Shown one piece after another: positions 23,839-35,938 of a DNA stretch of 64,000 nucleotides. A program made the position numbers and the translations under genes. The notes under the pieces were generated by a model. The model was not told the DNA's origin. It saw only the letters and a list, made by a program, of their open reading frames with translations, and made no database searches. The stretch lies in assembly GCF_964213995.1 (NCBI RefSeq), contig NC_135825.1, forward strand, positions 52,824,001 to 52,888,000. Reading direction: 5' to 3'. Positions within the stretch are counted from its first letter, which is position 1. Each line of letters opens with the position of its first letter. Origin of the DNA: Mustelus asterias (taxonomy: Eukaryota).

Positions 23839-24889
23839 TTAACAGAAATACTCATCGCAAACAGACACCTCCTCACCCAAAGGAGCGCCATTTCAGTCAT
23901 TTCCTATTCATGGGAGCACAAGTGAATTTATAGTTGATGCTCACTAACTGCATTCGTTTAAATACAGTCAATAGCCAATTAGCAATGGGTAGCCTTCTGG
24001 TGGTGTTTGATATACATATCGTTCGTGTAAAACTGAATATTACAATGTAGAAAGAGGTCTTGTATCTATAGAGCACCCTATGGTAATTCTTCCCTCAAAG
24101 TGCTTCAGATAGAATTAATTACTTTTTAGGAAACACATTCACATCTATATTTCATACACGTACAAACCCATTTTCATATGTTTGTGTATGTACAATACTG
24201 GCACGTTCCTGTGAACTTATTTAACACAGTGACTGAGGGTCACTTTCCCTTATTGTTTATTCCACAATCTTCTACTGGCAGTTCCAGCCAGAACATTCTG
24301 TGTGCTGTCTATCACAGACTGGCCAGGTCTGGGGTACATGCCGAAAGGCTCCTGGAGTGGGCTGGTGGCAGGGCTGGCTCTGTACTGGGCGAGTGAACTT
24401 GGAAAGCCAGACCAACACTCACCTTGCAACACCTGCTCACAAAACTCCGACGCACAGGCTTATAAATCCAGAGATAACTGTTGGTGATATCAGTGAACAA
24501 ATGCTTCAGGCAACTCTGAGCCTGCTGATCATAACTGGATTAATTCCTGCACTGAAACAGTCAGCAAGTCAATCCCGGTGGAATGTATAGAAAAATACAT
24601 TCATTCACTAATATCACTTGTATATGGTGCATATCAGTGTTTTTAACTTGGGCTCCCGTTTAAATTCAATAAATCACTTTCTTTCTCACAAGGATATTTC
24701 TTACTGCACTTGTCAAATTAAAACCGTGTCTGGCACATCTTGATCAATGGTAAAAGTTCCTTCTACATGATGCATTAGCATGGTAGATAGGTCGGGTTTT
24801 ACTCCCAGATGAAAAATAGTTTGTCAAATTCCTAACTAACTTTTCCTTCCTTCCTGACACAGCATCAATGGAAGAGGTTCGACACTCAC

Positions 24890-25023
24890 CCTATAATTGT
24901 TTCAAAGGGCCCCAGTTCGGGGAGTTCTAATTTCTCTCCGTCAGCCTCTCCATCTGTTTCACCTTCCGCAGGTTTCTCAATTGCAGCCGCCTTGTTATTT
25001 TCCTCGGTCTCCTTTTCAGCCAT
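24890..25023 (-). CDS. APOBEC2: APOBEC2 coding exon 1 (MAEKETEENNKAAAIEKPAEGETDGEADGEKLELPELGPFETII-G), not in the ORF track
   Basis: ATG at 25023 (context GCAATGG). The acidic N-terminus ends LPELGPFETIIG, similar to human APOBEC2 LIELPPFEIVTG. Donor GG|gtgagt follows 24890; its phase 2 matches the exon 2 acceptor. Confidence 0.93.
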
Positions 25024-25260
25024 TGCGGACAGAATCCCGACAGCTCGGTGCACCGTGATCAGACTGAGGGCAGCTCTGCACTGAGCAAGCCAGCCGACCC
25101 TGTCATATTAATCCACTCACACTAAATAAGGGAGCGAAGGAGGAGGCAAGGTCCTCCGGCCCAAAATAAACCGCAGTCAAGTCACCGTCATCCATTCCAT
25201 CAGTCACAGGCAGCTCTCCCCAGGCCACACATTCTTCCAGTGTTTTCTTTCCAACACAGT
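25024..25260 (-). promoter_or_regulatory. APOBEC2 5' UTR and proximal promoter
   Basis: Unique sequence between the ATG and the first SINE. Contains TATA-like TTAATAT (~25105-25111, minus) and CArG-like CCTTATTTAG (25122-25131, minus; one mismatch from CC(A/T)6GG). Confidence 0.55.
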
Positions 25261-26165
25261 TTAAGGTTTATTTATCAGGCTTACATTAACCCTGCAATGA
25301 AGTTACTGTGAAAATCCCCTAGTCGCCACACTCCGGGAGCACCTGTTCGGGTACACTGAGTGAGAATTTAGCACGGCCAATCCACCCTAACCAGCACTTT
25401 TTTTGGACTGTGGGAGGAAACCGGAGCACCCGGAGGAAACCCACGCAGACACAGGGAGAATGTGCAGAAATCATAGAAATCATAGAAACCCTACAGTACA
25501 GAAAGAGGCCATTCGGCCCATCGAGTCTGCACCGGCCACAATCCCACCCAGGCCCCACCCCCACATCCCCACATACCCACATATTTTACCCGCCAATCCC
25601 TCTAATCTACCCATCTCAGGACACTAAGGGGCAATTTTAGCACGGCCAATCAACCTAACCCGCACATCTTTGGACTGTGGGAGGAAACCGGAGCACCCGA
25701 AGGAAACCCATGCAGACACAAGGAGAATGTGCAGACTCCACATAGACAGTGACCCAGGCCGGGAATTGAACACGGGTCCCAGGAGTTGTAAGCCAGCAGT
25801 GCTAATCACTGTGCCTCCGGCATTGTTGCAAGTAGGCTTACATTAACACTGCAATGAAGTTACTGTGAAAATCCCTTAGTCGCCACACTCCGGCACCTGT
25901 TCGGGTACACTGAGGGAGAATTTAGCACGGCCAATGCACCCTAACCAGCATGTCTTTCAGACTATGGGAGAAAACCGGAGCATCCGGAGGAAACCCACGC
26001 AGACACGAGGAGAACGTGCAGACTCCGCATAGACAGTGACCCAAGCCGGGAATCGAACCTGTGTCCCTGGCGCTGTGAGACAGCAGTGCTGACCACTGTG
26101 CCACTGTACCACTGTACCACTGTGCCACTGTGCCACTGTACCACTGTACCACTGTGCCACTGTGC
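25261..26165 (-). mobile_element. Stack of three SINEs (tail B, tail A, tail B); the last has a tandemly amplified 8-nt head unit (CCACTGTR)n
   Basis: Repeated core GGGAGGAAACCGGAGCACCCG at ~25412, ~25679 and ~25966; 8-mer repeats at 26093-26164. Confidence 0.9.
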
Positions 26166-26793
26166 TGTCCACAGTTGTTCCTGCCCGTCATCCTTCACTT
26201 TGCTTTTAGCCTTTGCTTGAATATTTTACCAAAAAAACTTCTTCACAAATGTCTGCTTCTGAAAAGAATAACAAATCATTCCTTTAATCTGGTTCTGTGT
26301 GGGGTACAACTCCATAGCTAGTAGTTGGCATCTTGCCCAAGTGACTGTTCTTCAAATGCAAGCATAGGCAATACAGATGTATAAATTTATTCCATCACAT
26401 CCCCTGCCAGATCCTGTTCTTACTCAGTTCTCATGCGCTAACCAGGAGGAGCTAGAATCCCGATTGACATTTTCCTCTCTTCAGTGTAGACTCTTTGAGA
26501 CCAATTGCAGCACCCTGACCCATTCCAGTTGGCAATCTTCCTCTGGGTTAGTTTGTCAACACTGAACCTAAGGGTGTTCTAGTGTCATGTGTATGTTTCA
26601 TTCCCTGCCTCTTCCTCCTCCTCACTTTTTCACTACAATATTACAATAAAACATTTTATTGACACAATTTGGGCTCCTCTGAGTTTTAAAGGTTATGGTG
26701 CGACTCAGAACAAAGTGATAAAATTACAACAAAGCCACTCAGAGGTGATTTCAGGATTTCACCAAAGGTAGCGGAAATCTGAAACACAAAACT

Positions 26794-28975
26794 AGGGCGG
26801 CAGGGTGGCACAGTGGTTAGAACTGCTGCTCTATGGCTCCAGAGACCCGGGTTCAGTTCCAGCCTTGGCTCACTGTCTGTTGGAGGTTGCATGTTCTCTC
26901 TCCTTTATATATTTTCAATATATAAAAGGTAAGAGAGAGACAAAAATAGCCATTGGACCACTGAAAAATGAGGCTGGAGAAGTAATAATAGGAAACAAAG
27001 CAATGGCAGAGGAACTGAATAGTTACTTTGCATCAGTCTTCACGGTGGAAGACACCAGTGGGAAGCCAGAGCTCCAGGAGAGTCGGGGGGCATAGGTGAG
27101 TGTAGTGGCCATCACTAAGGAGTAGGTTCTGGGGAAACTGAAAGGTCTGAAGGTGGATAAATCACCTGGACTGGATGGACTACACCCCAGGATTCTAAAA
27201 GAGATAGCTGAAGAAATTGTGGAGGCATTGGTGGTGATCTTTCAGGAATCACTGGAGGCAGGGAGGGTACCAGAGGACTGGAAAGTAGCTAATGTAACAC
27301 TGCTGTTTAAGAAGGGAGGGAGGCAGCAGATGGGAAATTATAGGCCGGTGAGCCTGACTTTGGTCATTGGCAAGATTTTGGAGTCCATCATTAAAGATGA
27401 GATCGCAGAGTACTTGGAAGTGCATGATAAAATAGGACTGAGTCAGCACGGCTTCGTCAAGGGGAGGTCATGTCTGACAAATCTGTTAGAGTTCTTTGAG
27501 GAGGTGACAAGGAAGTTAGATAAAGGAGAGCCAGTGGATGTGATTTATTTAGATTTCCAGAAGGCCTTTGACAAGGTGCCGCATAGGAGACTGTTAAATA
27601 AGTTAAGAGCCCATGGTGTTAAGGGTAAGATCCTGGCATGGATAGAGGATTGGTTGTCTGGCAGAAGGCAGAGAGTGGGGATAAAGGGGTCTTTTTCAGG
27701 ATGGCAGCAGGTGACTAGTGGTGTGCCTCAGGGGTCGGTGCTGGGACCACAACTTTTCACAATATACATTAACGCTTTGGAGGAAGTAACTGAAGGCACT
27801 GTTGCTAAGTTTGCAAATGATACAAAGATATGTAGAGGGACAGGTAGTATTGAGGAAGCAGGGAGGCTGCAGAAGGACTTGGACAGGTTAGGAGACACAT
27901 TAGAAGTGGCAGATGGAATACAATGTGGAAAAGTGTGAGGCTATGCACTTTGGAAGGAGGAATGGAGGCATAGGCTATTTTCTGAATGAGAAAATGCTTA
28001 GGAAATCAGAAACACAAAGGGACTTGGGAGTCCTTGTTCAAGACTCTCTTAATGTTAGTGTGCAGGTTCAGTCGGCATTTAGGAAGGCAAATGCAATGTT
28101 AGCATTCATGTCGAGAGGGCTAGAATACAAGAGCAGGGATGTACTTCTGAGGCTGTATAAGGCTCAGATCCCATTTGGAGTATTGTGAGCAGTTTTGGGC
28201 CCCGTATCTAAGGAAGAATGTGTTGGCCTTGGAAAGGGTCCAGAGGAGGTTCATAAGAATGATCCCTGGAATGAAGAGCTTGTCGTATGAGGAATGGTTG
28301 AGGACTCTGGATCTGTACTCATTGGAGTTTAGAAGGATGAGGGGGGGATCTGACTGAAACTTACAGGATACTGTGAGGCCTGGATAGAGTGGATGTGGAG
28401 AGGATATTTCCACTAGTAGGAAAAGCTAGAACCAGAGGGCACAACCTCAGACTAAAGAGACAATCCTTTAAAACAGAGATGAGGAGGAATTTCTTCAGAC
28501 AGAGAGTGGTGAATCTGTGGAATTCTTTGCCGCAGAAGGCTGTGGAGGCCGGGTCATTGAGTGTCTTTAAGACAGAGATAGATAGGTTCTTGATTAATAT
28601 GGGGATCAGGGGTTATGGGGAAAAGGCAGGAGAATGGGGATGAGAAAAATATCAGCCATGATTGAATGGCGGAGCAGACTCAATGGGCCGAGTGGCCTAA
28701 TTCTGCTTCTATGTCTTATGGTCTTATGGTCTTATGGTGTCTGTGTGGGTTTGCTCTGGTTTCCTTCCACACTCCAAAGGTGAGCAGATTAGGTTGATTG
28801 GCCATGCTAAATTGCCCCTTAGTGTCCAAAGATGTGTAAATTAGGGAGATGAGCCATGGTAAGTGTGTGGGGTTACGGGGCTAGGGTGGGGGAGAGGGCC
28901 TGGGTAAGATTCTCTGTCACAGAGTTGGTGCAGCATTGATGGGCTGAATGGCCTCCTTTTACACTGTAGGGATTC
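26794..28975 (+). mobile_element. SINE split by a CR1 insertion (26904-28737)
   Basis: SINE head ends at ~26903 and the core resumes at ~28738. CR1 ORFs at 27153-27938, 27913-28188 and 28389-28643; (TCTTATGG)n tail. Confidence 0.92.
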
Positions 28976-29549
28976 GGTGATAGGGGTCAATTGAAAAGTT
29001 CACAACTGAGATTGATTTTTTATTAGGTAAGAAGATTAAGAAATATGAAACAAAGATGAGTAGATGGAATCAGCCATTGGTCAATGATTTTAATAATTTG
29101 TTTATGATTTTAATAATTTGTTTGTGGGATTAATGAACCAGCATTGAGGTCTGTTCACTGTTCCTGTGGGTTCTCTATATTCCGATAATGACACCACCAA
29201 ACTTATCGATTATTCTAAGAGGCAGAAGTTCGAAATCCGTCAGTTACTCACATTGTTCCTTTTCTTGACAGGCCTTCTCTGTAGGCCCGATGATTTAGAT
29301 GTTTGTCCTTGAGTGGTATATCCCAGGAATGTCCAGCTCACTCCCTATAGTCTGGGCAGTATCAGCTTATATTAACAAAAGGAGTGCCACAGCGATGGTA
29401 CAGTGGGAGTCGGACTCCTGGTGTCAGAATGTTCTTTACACCTGATTGTTATGTAGTGGTCTGAAGAGATAGTGGATGAGGACTAGGTCAAGCCTGAGTG
29501 AAGATGTCCTCCACAATAAAGAGCAGATTGGCTTCTAACATTATGTATG

Positions 29550-29979
29550 TGTGGTGAACCATAGATGGTTATCACTATGGGTACTTGTACATATGTTACT
29601 CTTGTTACTGTTGGGGTTAGGGTTGGGGTGTTCCACCTGTTGGTATTGTTCTGTGGTACACTCCGGTTGGCTCCGCCTACCTGTAGGAGTATAAAGGTCA
29701 CTGCACTGCCTGGTGACCCTTTAGTCTGGGATTGTATTGTTAAGCAGTATGCTCCATTCTTGTTACTAATAAAAGCCTTTATTTCCCGGGTACGATCCAG
29801 CCTCCCGAGTGAATTAATCGCGCATCAATTTTATTAGTAACAATTTTGGTTGAAAAAAAAAACCATGGAGCAAATGTTAAAACCCGATCGGCTTACCTTA
29901 GATCCGCGTGCCGCTGGAGCGTCGAACACTTTCGACCATTGGTACAATCCAGCCTCCCGAGTGAATTAATCGCGCGTCA
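29550..29979 (+). mobile_element. Internally deleted Gypsy (Mag-type) LTR element: 5' LTR 29550-29827, gag start 29865-29942, end of 3' LTR 29941-29979
   Basis: TG...CA ends; 5-bp TSD GTATG; TATAAA at 29690 and AATAAA at 29768. Gag start MEQMLKPDRLTLDPRAAGASNTFDHW is homologous to the gag starting at 40671. Confidence 0.93.
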
Positions 29980-30014
29980 GTATGTTTCTGGTAGATAGAT
30001 TCCTATGTTTCTGA

Positions 30015-30100
30015 TTTTTTGATTTGATTTATTATTGTCGCATGTATTAGTATACAGTGAAAAGTATTGTTTCTTGCGCACTATACAGACGAAGCATACC
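30015..30100 (-). mobile_element. Rex1/Babar LINE tail fragment
   Basis: Matches 48006-48095. Confidence 0.8.
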
Positions 30101-30840
30101 GATCCTTCCACTTTTCTCTTTCTGCTTTTCTACTCTTCTCTCTACTTTCTATTTATTTCCCCATTTGGTTCTGACCTTTTCATTTATATGACACTTTCCT
30201 CTCCCGAAGTATTTCCTCTCCAGTCCTGCATGGTTTCCCTTGTATATTGTCCACAGTAACAGCTGAACAAGCACATTTTCTCGATTTACTAAGTGCACTT
30301 TTAATCCACCGACAGCTGCCTTTATTGTGCAAAATCCAACTGGCAAGTCAAGACGGATATCTCGGCCAGTGGTGAATTGATCTCAGATTTAGGGTGTAGC
30401 CATTAAAACGGTTTCACGACATTACAGGACATGCAGTACCTGCACACTGACACTCAAACCTGCACAGTCTAATGCGCGGCTTAGAGTGCTGTGTACAGAT
30501 ACTTTTAATAGCTTTTCTTTTAGTAATTGGGACTGTGGCAAAGCTGAGAAAAAAACAGGGTGGGAAGTTGCTGAGTGCCAGCCCAATGAACCAAACCTTT
30601 GTGTTTGCCTTCAAACGGGGAAATGTGACATTTCTGCCTCGCAATAATGGAAAGGTTTCAGGAAGAATTAATTTCTCTTAAACTAGAATTACGTGAGGTG
30701 ATGATACCCAACTGGGAGTGTGATTGAACCTCAGGTCATGTGAGGACATTAATTGTATCTGAAATTCGCTATTTCCTGGCTTGTCAAGTGAGTAGCAGCC
30801 ATATCTCCTTGTGGCTGCTGCTGGCTTTGCAAAAAAGCTA

Positions 30841-31137
30841 TACGGTGGCACAGTGGTTAGCACTGCTGCGTCACAGCGCCAGGGACCTGGGTTCGATTCC
30901 CAGCTTGGATCACTGTCTGTGTGGAGTTTGCACATTCTCCTCGTGTCTGCGTGGGTTTCTTCTGGTTTCCTCCCACAGTCTGAAAGACGTGCTGGTTAGG
31001 GTGCTTTGGCCATGCTAAATTCTCCCTCAGTGTAGCCGAACAGGTGGTGGAGTGGTGGCGACGAGGGGATTTTCACAGTAACTTCATCGCAGTGTTAATT
31101 TAAGCCTATTTGTGTGACACTAATAAATAAACTTTAA
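30841..31137 (+). mobile_element. HE1/V-SINE-type SINE, tail B
   Basis: Full head, core and tail B. Confidence 0.9.
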
Positions 31138-31467
31138 ACCTTAAGATGGGGGGTGGCTAATGCCTTGTCCTAGCTGAAAGGCAGAACCATAATGGACTTT
31201 TGCACAGTCAGTGCAAAGCTAGGGGAGCGAAACCAATGGTGTTGGTCAGAGTGAAACAACTTGGAGCAAGGAAGGAACCAGAGTTCTTACTCCTGGCCAT
31301 TATCCAACAATGGAAATAGATTTTCTGTGGGTGTGACTGCGGGATATGCAATTATGCTCCAGCTTTGGGTGAGTTGTGCCTGTAGTACTGGGTTTGCAAG
31401 GGTTAATGTGTGGCATTGCTTATAGAGCACCTCCCAGAGTGAAAATGTGAGGGAAGTCATGAAGAGT

Positions 31468-32150
31468 CAAAGAACAAAGAACAATACAGCACAGGAACAG
31501 GCCCTTCGGCCCTCCAAGCCCGCGCCGCTCCCCGGTCCAGGATTGAATCCTGAATCCAGGATCCCCACCCAATTTTCCAGCCTATCTACATCCTAATATC
31601 CTATCCACCGAGCTGTCCCTCACAGCTACGATGCTTTGTTCATCACAACCTATTAACTCACCCCCACCCCCCCATTCCAGACCATGTGATCTCCAGGGAG
31701 AGGCGAAAACCCAGAGTGAAAACCCCAGGGCCAATATGGGGAAAAAAAATCTGGGAAATTCCTCTCCGACCCCCTGAGGCGATCGAAACGAGTCCAGGAG
31801 ATCACACTGGCCCTGATCAGAAAATGCTTCCCAACCCTATTCATTTCCACTTCTGCTTTACGAACACCATCTGAATTCCCTGCCCCCGAGACAGGTTCCC
31901 AACTATCCGCAGTCTCGCTCTGTACTGGCACCAGCAAGATGATCATAGAATGAAGCCTTGAAACGAGCAACAAAGAACAATTATCCCGCGCCGCTCCCTG
32001 GTCCAAACTCGACCACTCTTTTGTATCCCTCCATTCCCACTCCGTTCATATAGCTGTCTAGATAAGTCTTAAACGTTCCCAGTGTGTCCGCCTCCACCAC
32101 CTTGCCCGGCAACACATTCCAGGCCCCCACGACCCTCTGTGTAAAATATG
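31468..32150 (-). mobile_element. 5'-truncated CR1 with the extended 3' UTR module (third copy)
   Basis: Reverse complement of ~13915-14598. Confidence 0.94.
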
Positions 32151-32409
32151 TAATGGAGAGAATGTTCACCTCTGCAGTGTAACACCTAGATGTGTATTGC
32201 TGTACACAGTTCAGTTGTAGCTAAGGAACCAGTTGCTGTTTAGATATACCAATGCCTCAGCGATCTTTCCTCAGCTAGACTAACCAACATGCAGCAGTGT
32301 CCACTTGGAAAATGTGCTGAAGGGTATTCGATACTTTCGAACTCTTACCCAGCAAGGGGTCAGAAGAGAAGGATGCCAAATTCTGATGCTGCTTATGAAG
32401 CTTCAGCGC

Positions 32410-32895
32410 AATACAGCAAAGGTTTACCAGGCTGATTCCTGGGATGGCAGGACTGTCATATAAGGACAGTTAGAATTATATTCACTGGAGTTTAGAAGAG
32501 TGAGAGGGGATCTCATAGAAACTTATAAAATTCTAACCGGGTTAGACAGGGTAGATTCAGAAAGAATGTTCCCAATGGTGGGGGGAGTCCAGAACTAGGG
32601 GTCATAGTTTGAGGATAAGAGGTAAACCTTTTAGAACTGAGGTGAGGAGAAATTTCTTCACCCAGAGGGTGATGAATGTGTGGAATTCACTCCCACAGAA
32701 AGTAGTTGAGGCCAAAACATTGTCTGATTTCAAGAAGAAATTAGATATAGCTCTTGGGGCTAAAGGGGTCAAAGGATATGGGAGGAAGGGGGGATCAGGA
32801 TATTGAATTCAATGATCAGCCATGATCAAAATGAATGAGAGAGCAGGATCGAAGGGCCAAGTGGCCTACTCCTGCTTCTAGTTTCTATGTTTCTA
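32410..32895 (+). mobile_element. CR1 3' fragment
   Basis: FRTEVRRNFFTQRVMNVWNSLP; tail TTTCTATG. Confidence 0.9.
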
Positions 32896-33304
32896 CCGTA
32901 GGGTTAACTGAGCTGCCATCTTGTTGGTGCACATTGACTGTGACCATAATGAACCAACCCATCAGTGAACGCTATTGGGTCTATAGGCCTGATTGTGGTC
33001 TCCTCTTCTATTTTAGCCCAGTGATCCTGTTCCATTTTTAGAAACGCTGTCTGCGGCGATCAGATCAGTGGCATGGCCTGAGCCATAAACTTTCATTGCC
33101 AGTGAAACTCTATCGACGGCCAATTCTGATCTGCCTCGTCATCAAAATGTGACTTCACTTTGGCAAGTCTAATCCAGGAATCCTTCGAGACTGGAGCAAG
33201 GAGCAGGTACAACCACTGAACTGAAATCATCTGAGAGCAGAAAGATAATAATTATACTGAAAGGGTGAAAACAGACACAAAACCAGTGCTTTGATAAGAC
33301 ATTT

Positions 33305-33603
33305 AAGATTTATTTATTAGTGTCATAAGTGGGCTTACATGAACACTGCAATGAAGTTACTGTGAAACTCCCCAAGTCGCCACACTCCGGCACCTGTTCG
33401 GGTACACGGAGGGAGAATTTAGCTCGGCCAATGCACCTAACCAGCACGTCTTTCAGACTGTGGGAGGAAACCGGAGCCCCCGGAGGAAACCCACGCAGAC
33501 ACGGGGAGAATGTGCAAACTCAACACAGACCCAAGCCGGGAATCGAACCTGGGTCCCTGGCGCTGTGAAGCAGCAGTGTTAACCACTGTGCTACCATGCC
33601 GCA
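33305..33603 (-). mobile_element. HE1/V-SINE-type SINE, tail B
   Basis: Full head, core and tail B. Confidence 0.9.
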
Positions 33604-33907
33604 ACACATTATCCGAAAGTTTGGTTTCCACATATAATTTGCTGATTACCATAAGTTGAATTTGCCTGGAGGCTATGAACAGAAAACTGAAGATTTAACA
33701 CTCAAGCACTGATTAAAAGCAATATTGATGGAGCATTTGAGGTTGCCAATCTTCCCAGTTTGGCCAGAAGTCTCCAGGGATTGAACATCAATCTCCAGGA
33801 CCCTGCTGTGTGGAGAAAACTCATCAGGACATTAAAAAAAAAGATTTTTTTTGGTCATTTTCTTTGAACATGTTTCTTTATCAGGTGTAAAATATTGAAA
33901 ATAGTGG

Positions 33908-34025
33908 GGAGGCGCGGGGGGGTGGTGGTTGTGGGGTGGGGGGGTGGGAGGGTGTGGGGGGGGGCGGTGGTTGTGGGGCGGGGGGGTGGGGGAGAGTGTC
34001 GGGGGGGGGGGCGGTGGCGGGGGCT
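33908..34025 (+). repeat. G-rich low-complexity tract (G-quadruplex-forming potential)
   Basis: Many consecutive runs of 4-9 G. Confidence 0.8.
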
Positions 34026-35605
34026 TATTGGCCGACAGTCAAGCATCATCCAATGAGTCTTCTTGCTTTCTAATTGGTGTAGGAAGGCAATGCGTCACAA
34101 GGATGGACGTGTTGGCTGAATAATGGCTGGAGTGTGGGGCAGGCCATGACCATTTAATCACATTTAGCAACTGAGGAGCAGTAAATGAGGGCTCCACGCC
34201 CACTAACGGTTTGGAGTGGGCTAGCTGACGCACAACGACTGACCTCTGGTGAGAAGGCACAGAGGTTTTCGGACACAAGCCCAGGAGCAGGAAGGACAGG
34301 AAAGGAGGGGTGCCCTGTAGTTGCAGAGGAAGAACAGTCTACCTCACCCTCCTTTCCCTGCAACAGCTGGCGACAGCCTACTTTGCCTCACGTCCTCCTT
34401 CCTTCCCCCCTGAAGACTCTGGCAAGATGGCAATAATTAAGGGCTCCATTACTCCTGGTGACTCCTATAAGGTGTCCAATCAGGTGGAGTTGTACAATAC
34501 TTTTTAAGTGAAGCCCTCAGAGAATTTCCAGAATAAAAGTTACACTAATGTTGTTGAAGCCTTGACAAAGGGGCTGAATTCTCCGGCTGTTCCTGCGGGT
34601 GGGGTCTTCTGGTCCCCGCTGACAGTGCACCCCGCAGCCTGGGGTGCAGTCGATGTGAAATCCCACTGACAATGGCAGGACCAGAAAAATCCCGCAGCGG
34701 CAAATGGTGCGTCATCTCTGGCTGTGAGAAACGTGCTTTGGGGAGGATGGCGAATCTCCTCCCCAGAGTCCCAGAGAGTCTCCCAATCTGTCCCTGTCTC
34801 CCAATGCCATCTTCAAACATTCCTCTGTGATAGGTGAGTGCTTGTGTCTTGATATGTGACCAGTCTGATCGATGCCTCAGGCTTTCCGTAGTCATTGGAC
34901 TATGCCATGAGGCTGCCTCTGGAGGCAGACATCTTAAGTTCCGTCCAATAAAAGCCTCTTGCAGAAACACACTGAAGCTATACAGCTGTCCTCGCAACAG
35001 TGAGTGTGCCTTTAAATAGCATTCAAAATCCACAACAACAACAACTTGTTTATTCCTGGTTAGCTGGTCTCTGTTTGGAGATGGGGCAGTCAGATTGGCA
35101 CTATCCAGAAAAACGCCACGCACTGGCACTCAGGGGAGCTGATAGGCAATTTAAATGACAATGAGCTGCTTAACCATCACCTGGCAGGCTGCTCCTCGGA
35201 AGCTCTTTACCAAGATGGCATCTTGTGCTAAACATAGGCTAAACCAGCATTTCAGCTCAGGCCCATGGATTGGCCACCTCTTTAGTGCCTGCAGGAGCAA
35301 GGGAAAACCAGGTTTCAGGTTCAATACTCACACAGTTCCTCATGTGCAAGTGTGGCAGTTCCATCACCACAATAGGCCTCGGCCCCTCATGAGCCAGGAA
35401 GATCTAATCATAGACCCAGCTACTGATCCATTTATTCCCTCTGGAAAGCTATGGGTGTGATAAAGGGAGAGAGCAGCACTGAAGAAAAATACTAAAAATA
35501 CTAAAACGCTAAACATTTACAAGAATGATATCAGAAATGAAAGGATATAATATCAGGAAAGATTAAACATGGTTCCTGTATCTAGAAAGAAAAAAGGTAT
35601 CCTAG

Positions 35606-35933
35606 TGTGGTGAACCATCGTTGGTTCCCACTAGATAGTACTGAGCCAGGGTCTGGCCAGTACTACAAGTATGTATATATGTTGCTGTTGGGGTTAGGGA
35701 TGGGTTGTTCTACTTGTTGATGTTGGGGTTAGGGTTGGGCTGTTACACCTTGTATTATAGTTATTGTGGTACATCCCAGTCGGGCTCCGCCTCCTGGGAG
35801 AGGTATAAAGGTCTCTGCTCTGTCTGGGACCCCTCAGTCTGGGATCGTGTATATAATTAGTAGCTGCCTTGTTACAGCAAATAAAAGCCTTTATTTCCTG
35901 AGCATCAAGCCTCGTGTGTGATAACGCGCATCA
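35606..35933 (+). mobile_element. Solo LTR of the same Gypsy lineage
   Basis: TGTGGTGAACC...GCGCATCA ends as at 29550-29827; 5-bp TSD CCTAG; GGTATAAAGG and AATAAAAGCCTTTATTTCC. Confidence 0.93.
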
Positions 35934-35938
35934 CCTAG

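Noticed and set aside
26093-26164. Regular short repeats (CRISPR-like array or coding repeat)
   Set aside because: Spacerless 8-nt slippage of a SINE head in a eukaryotic context.
34827-35040. Possible additional solo LTR (TG...AATAAAAGCC...CA)
   Set aside because: No target-site duplication or second copy supports the boundaries.
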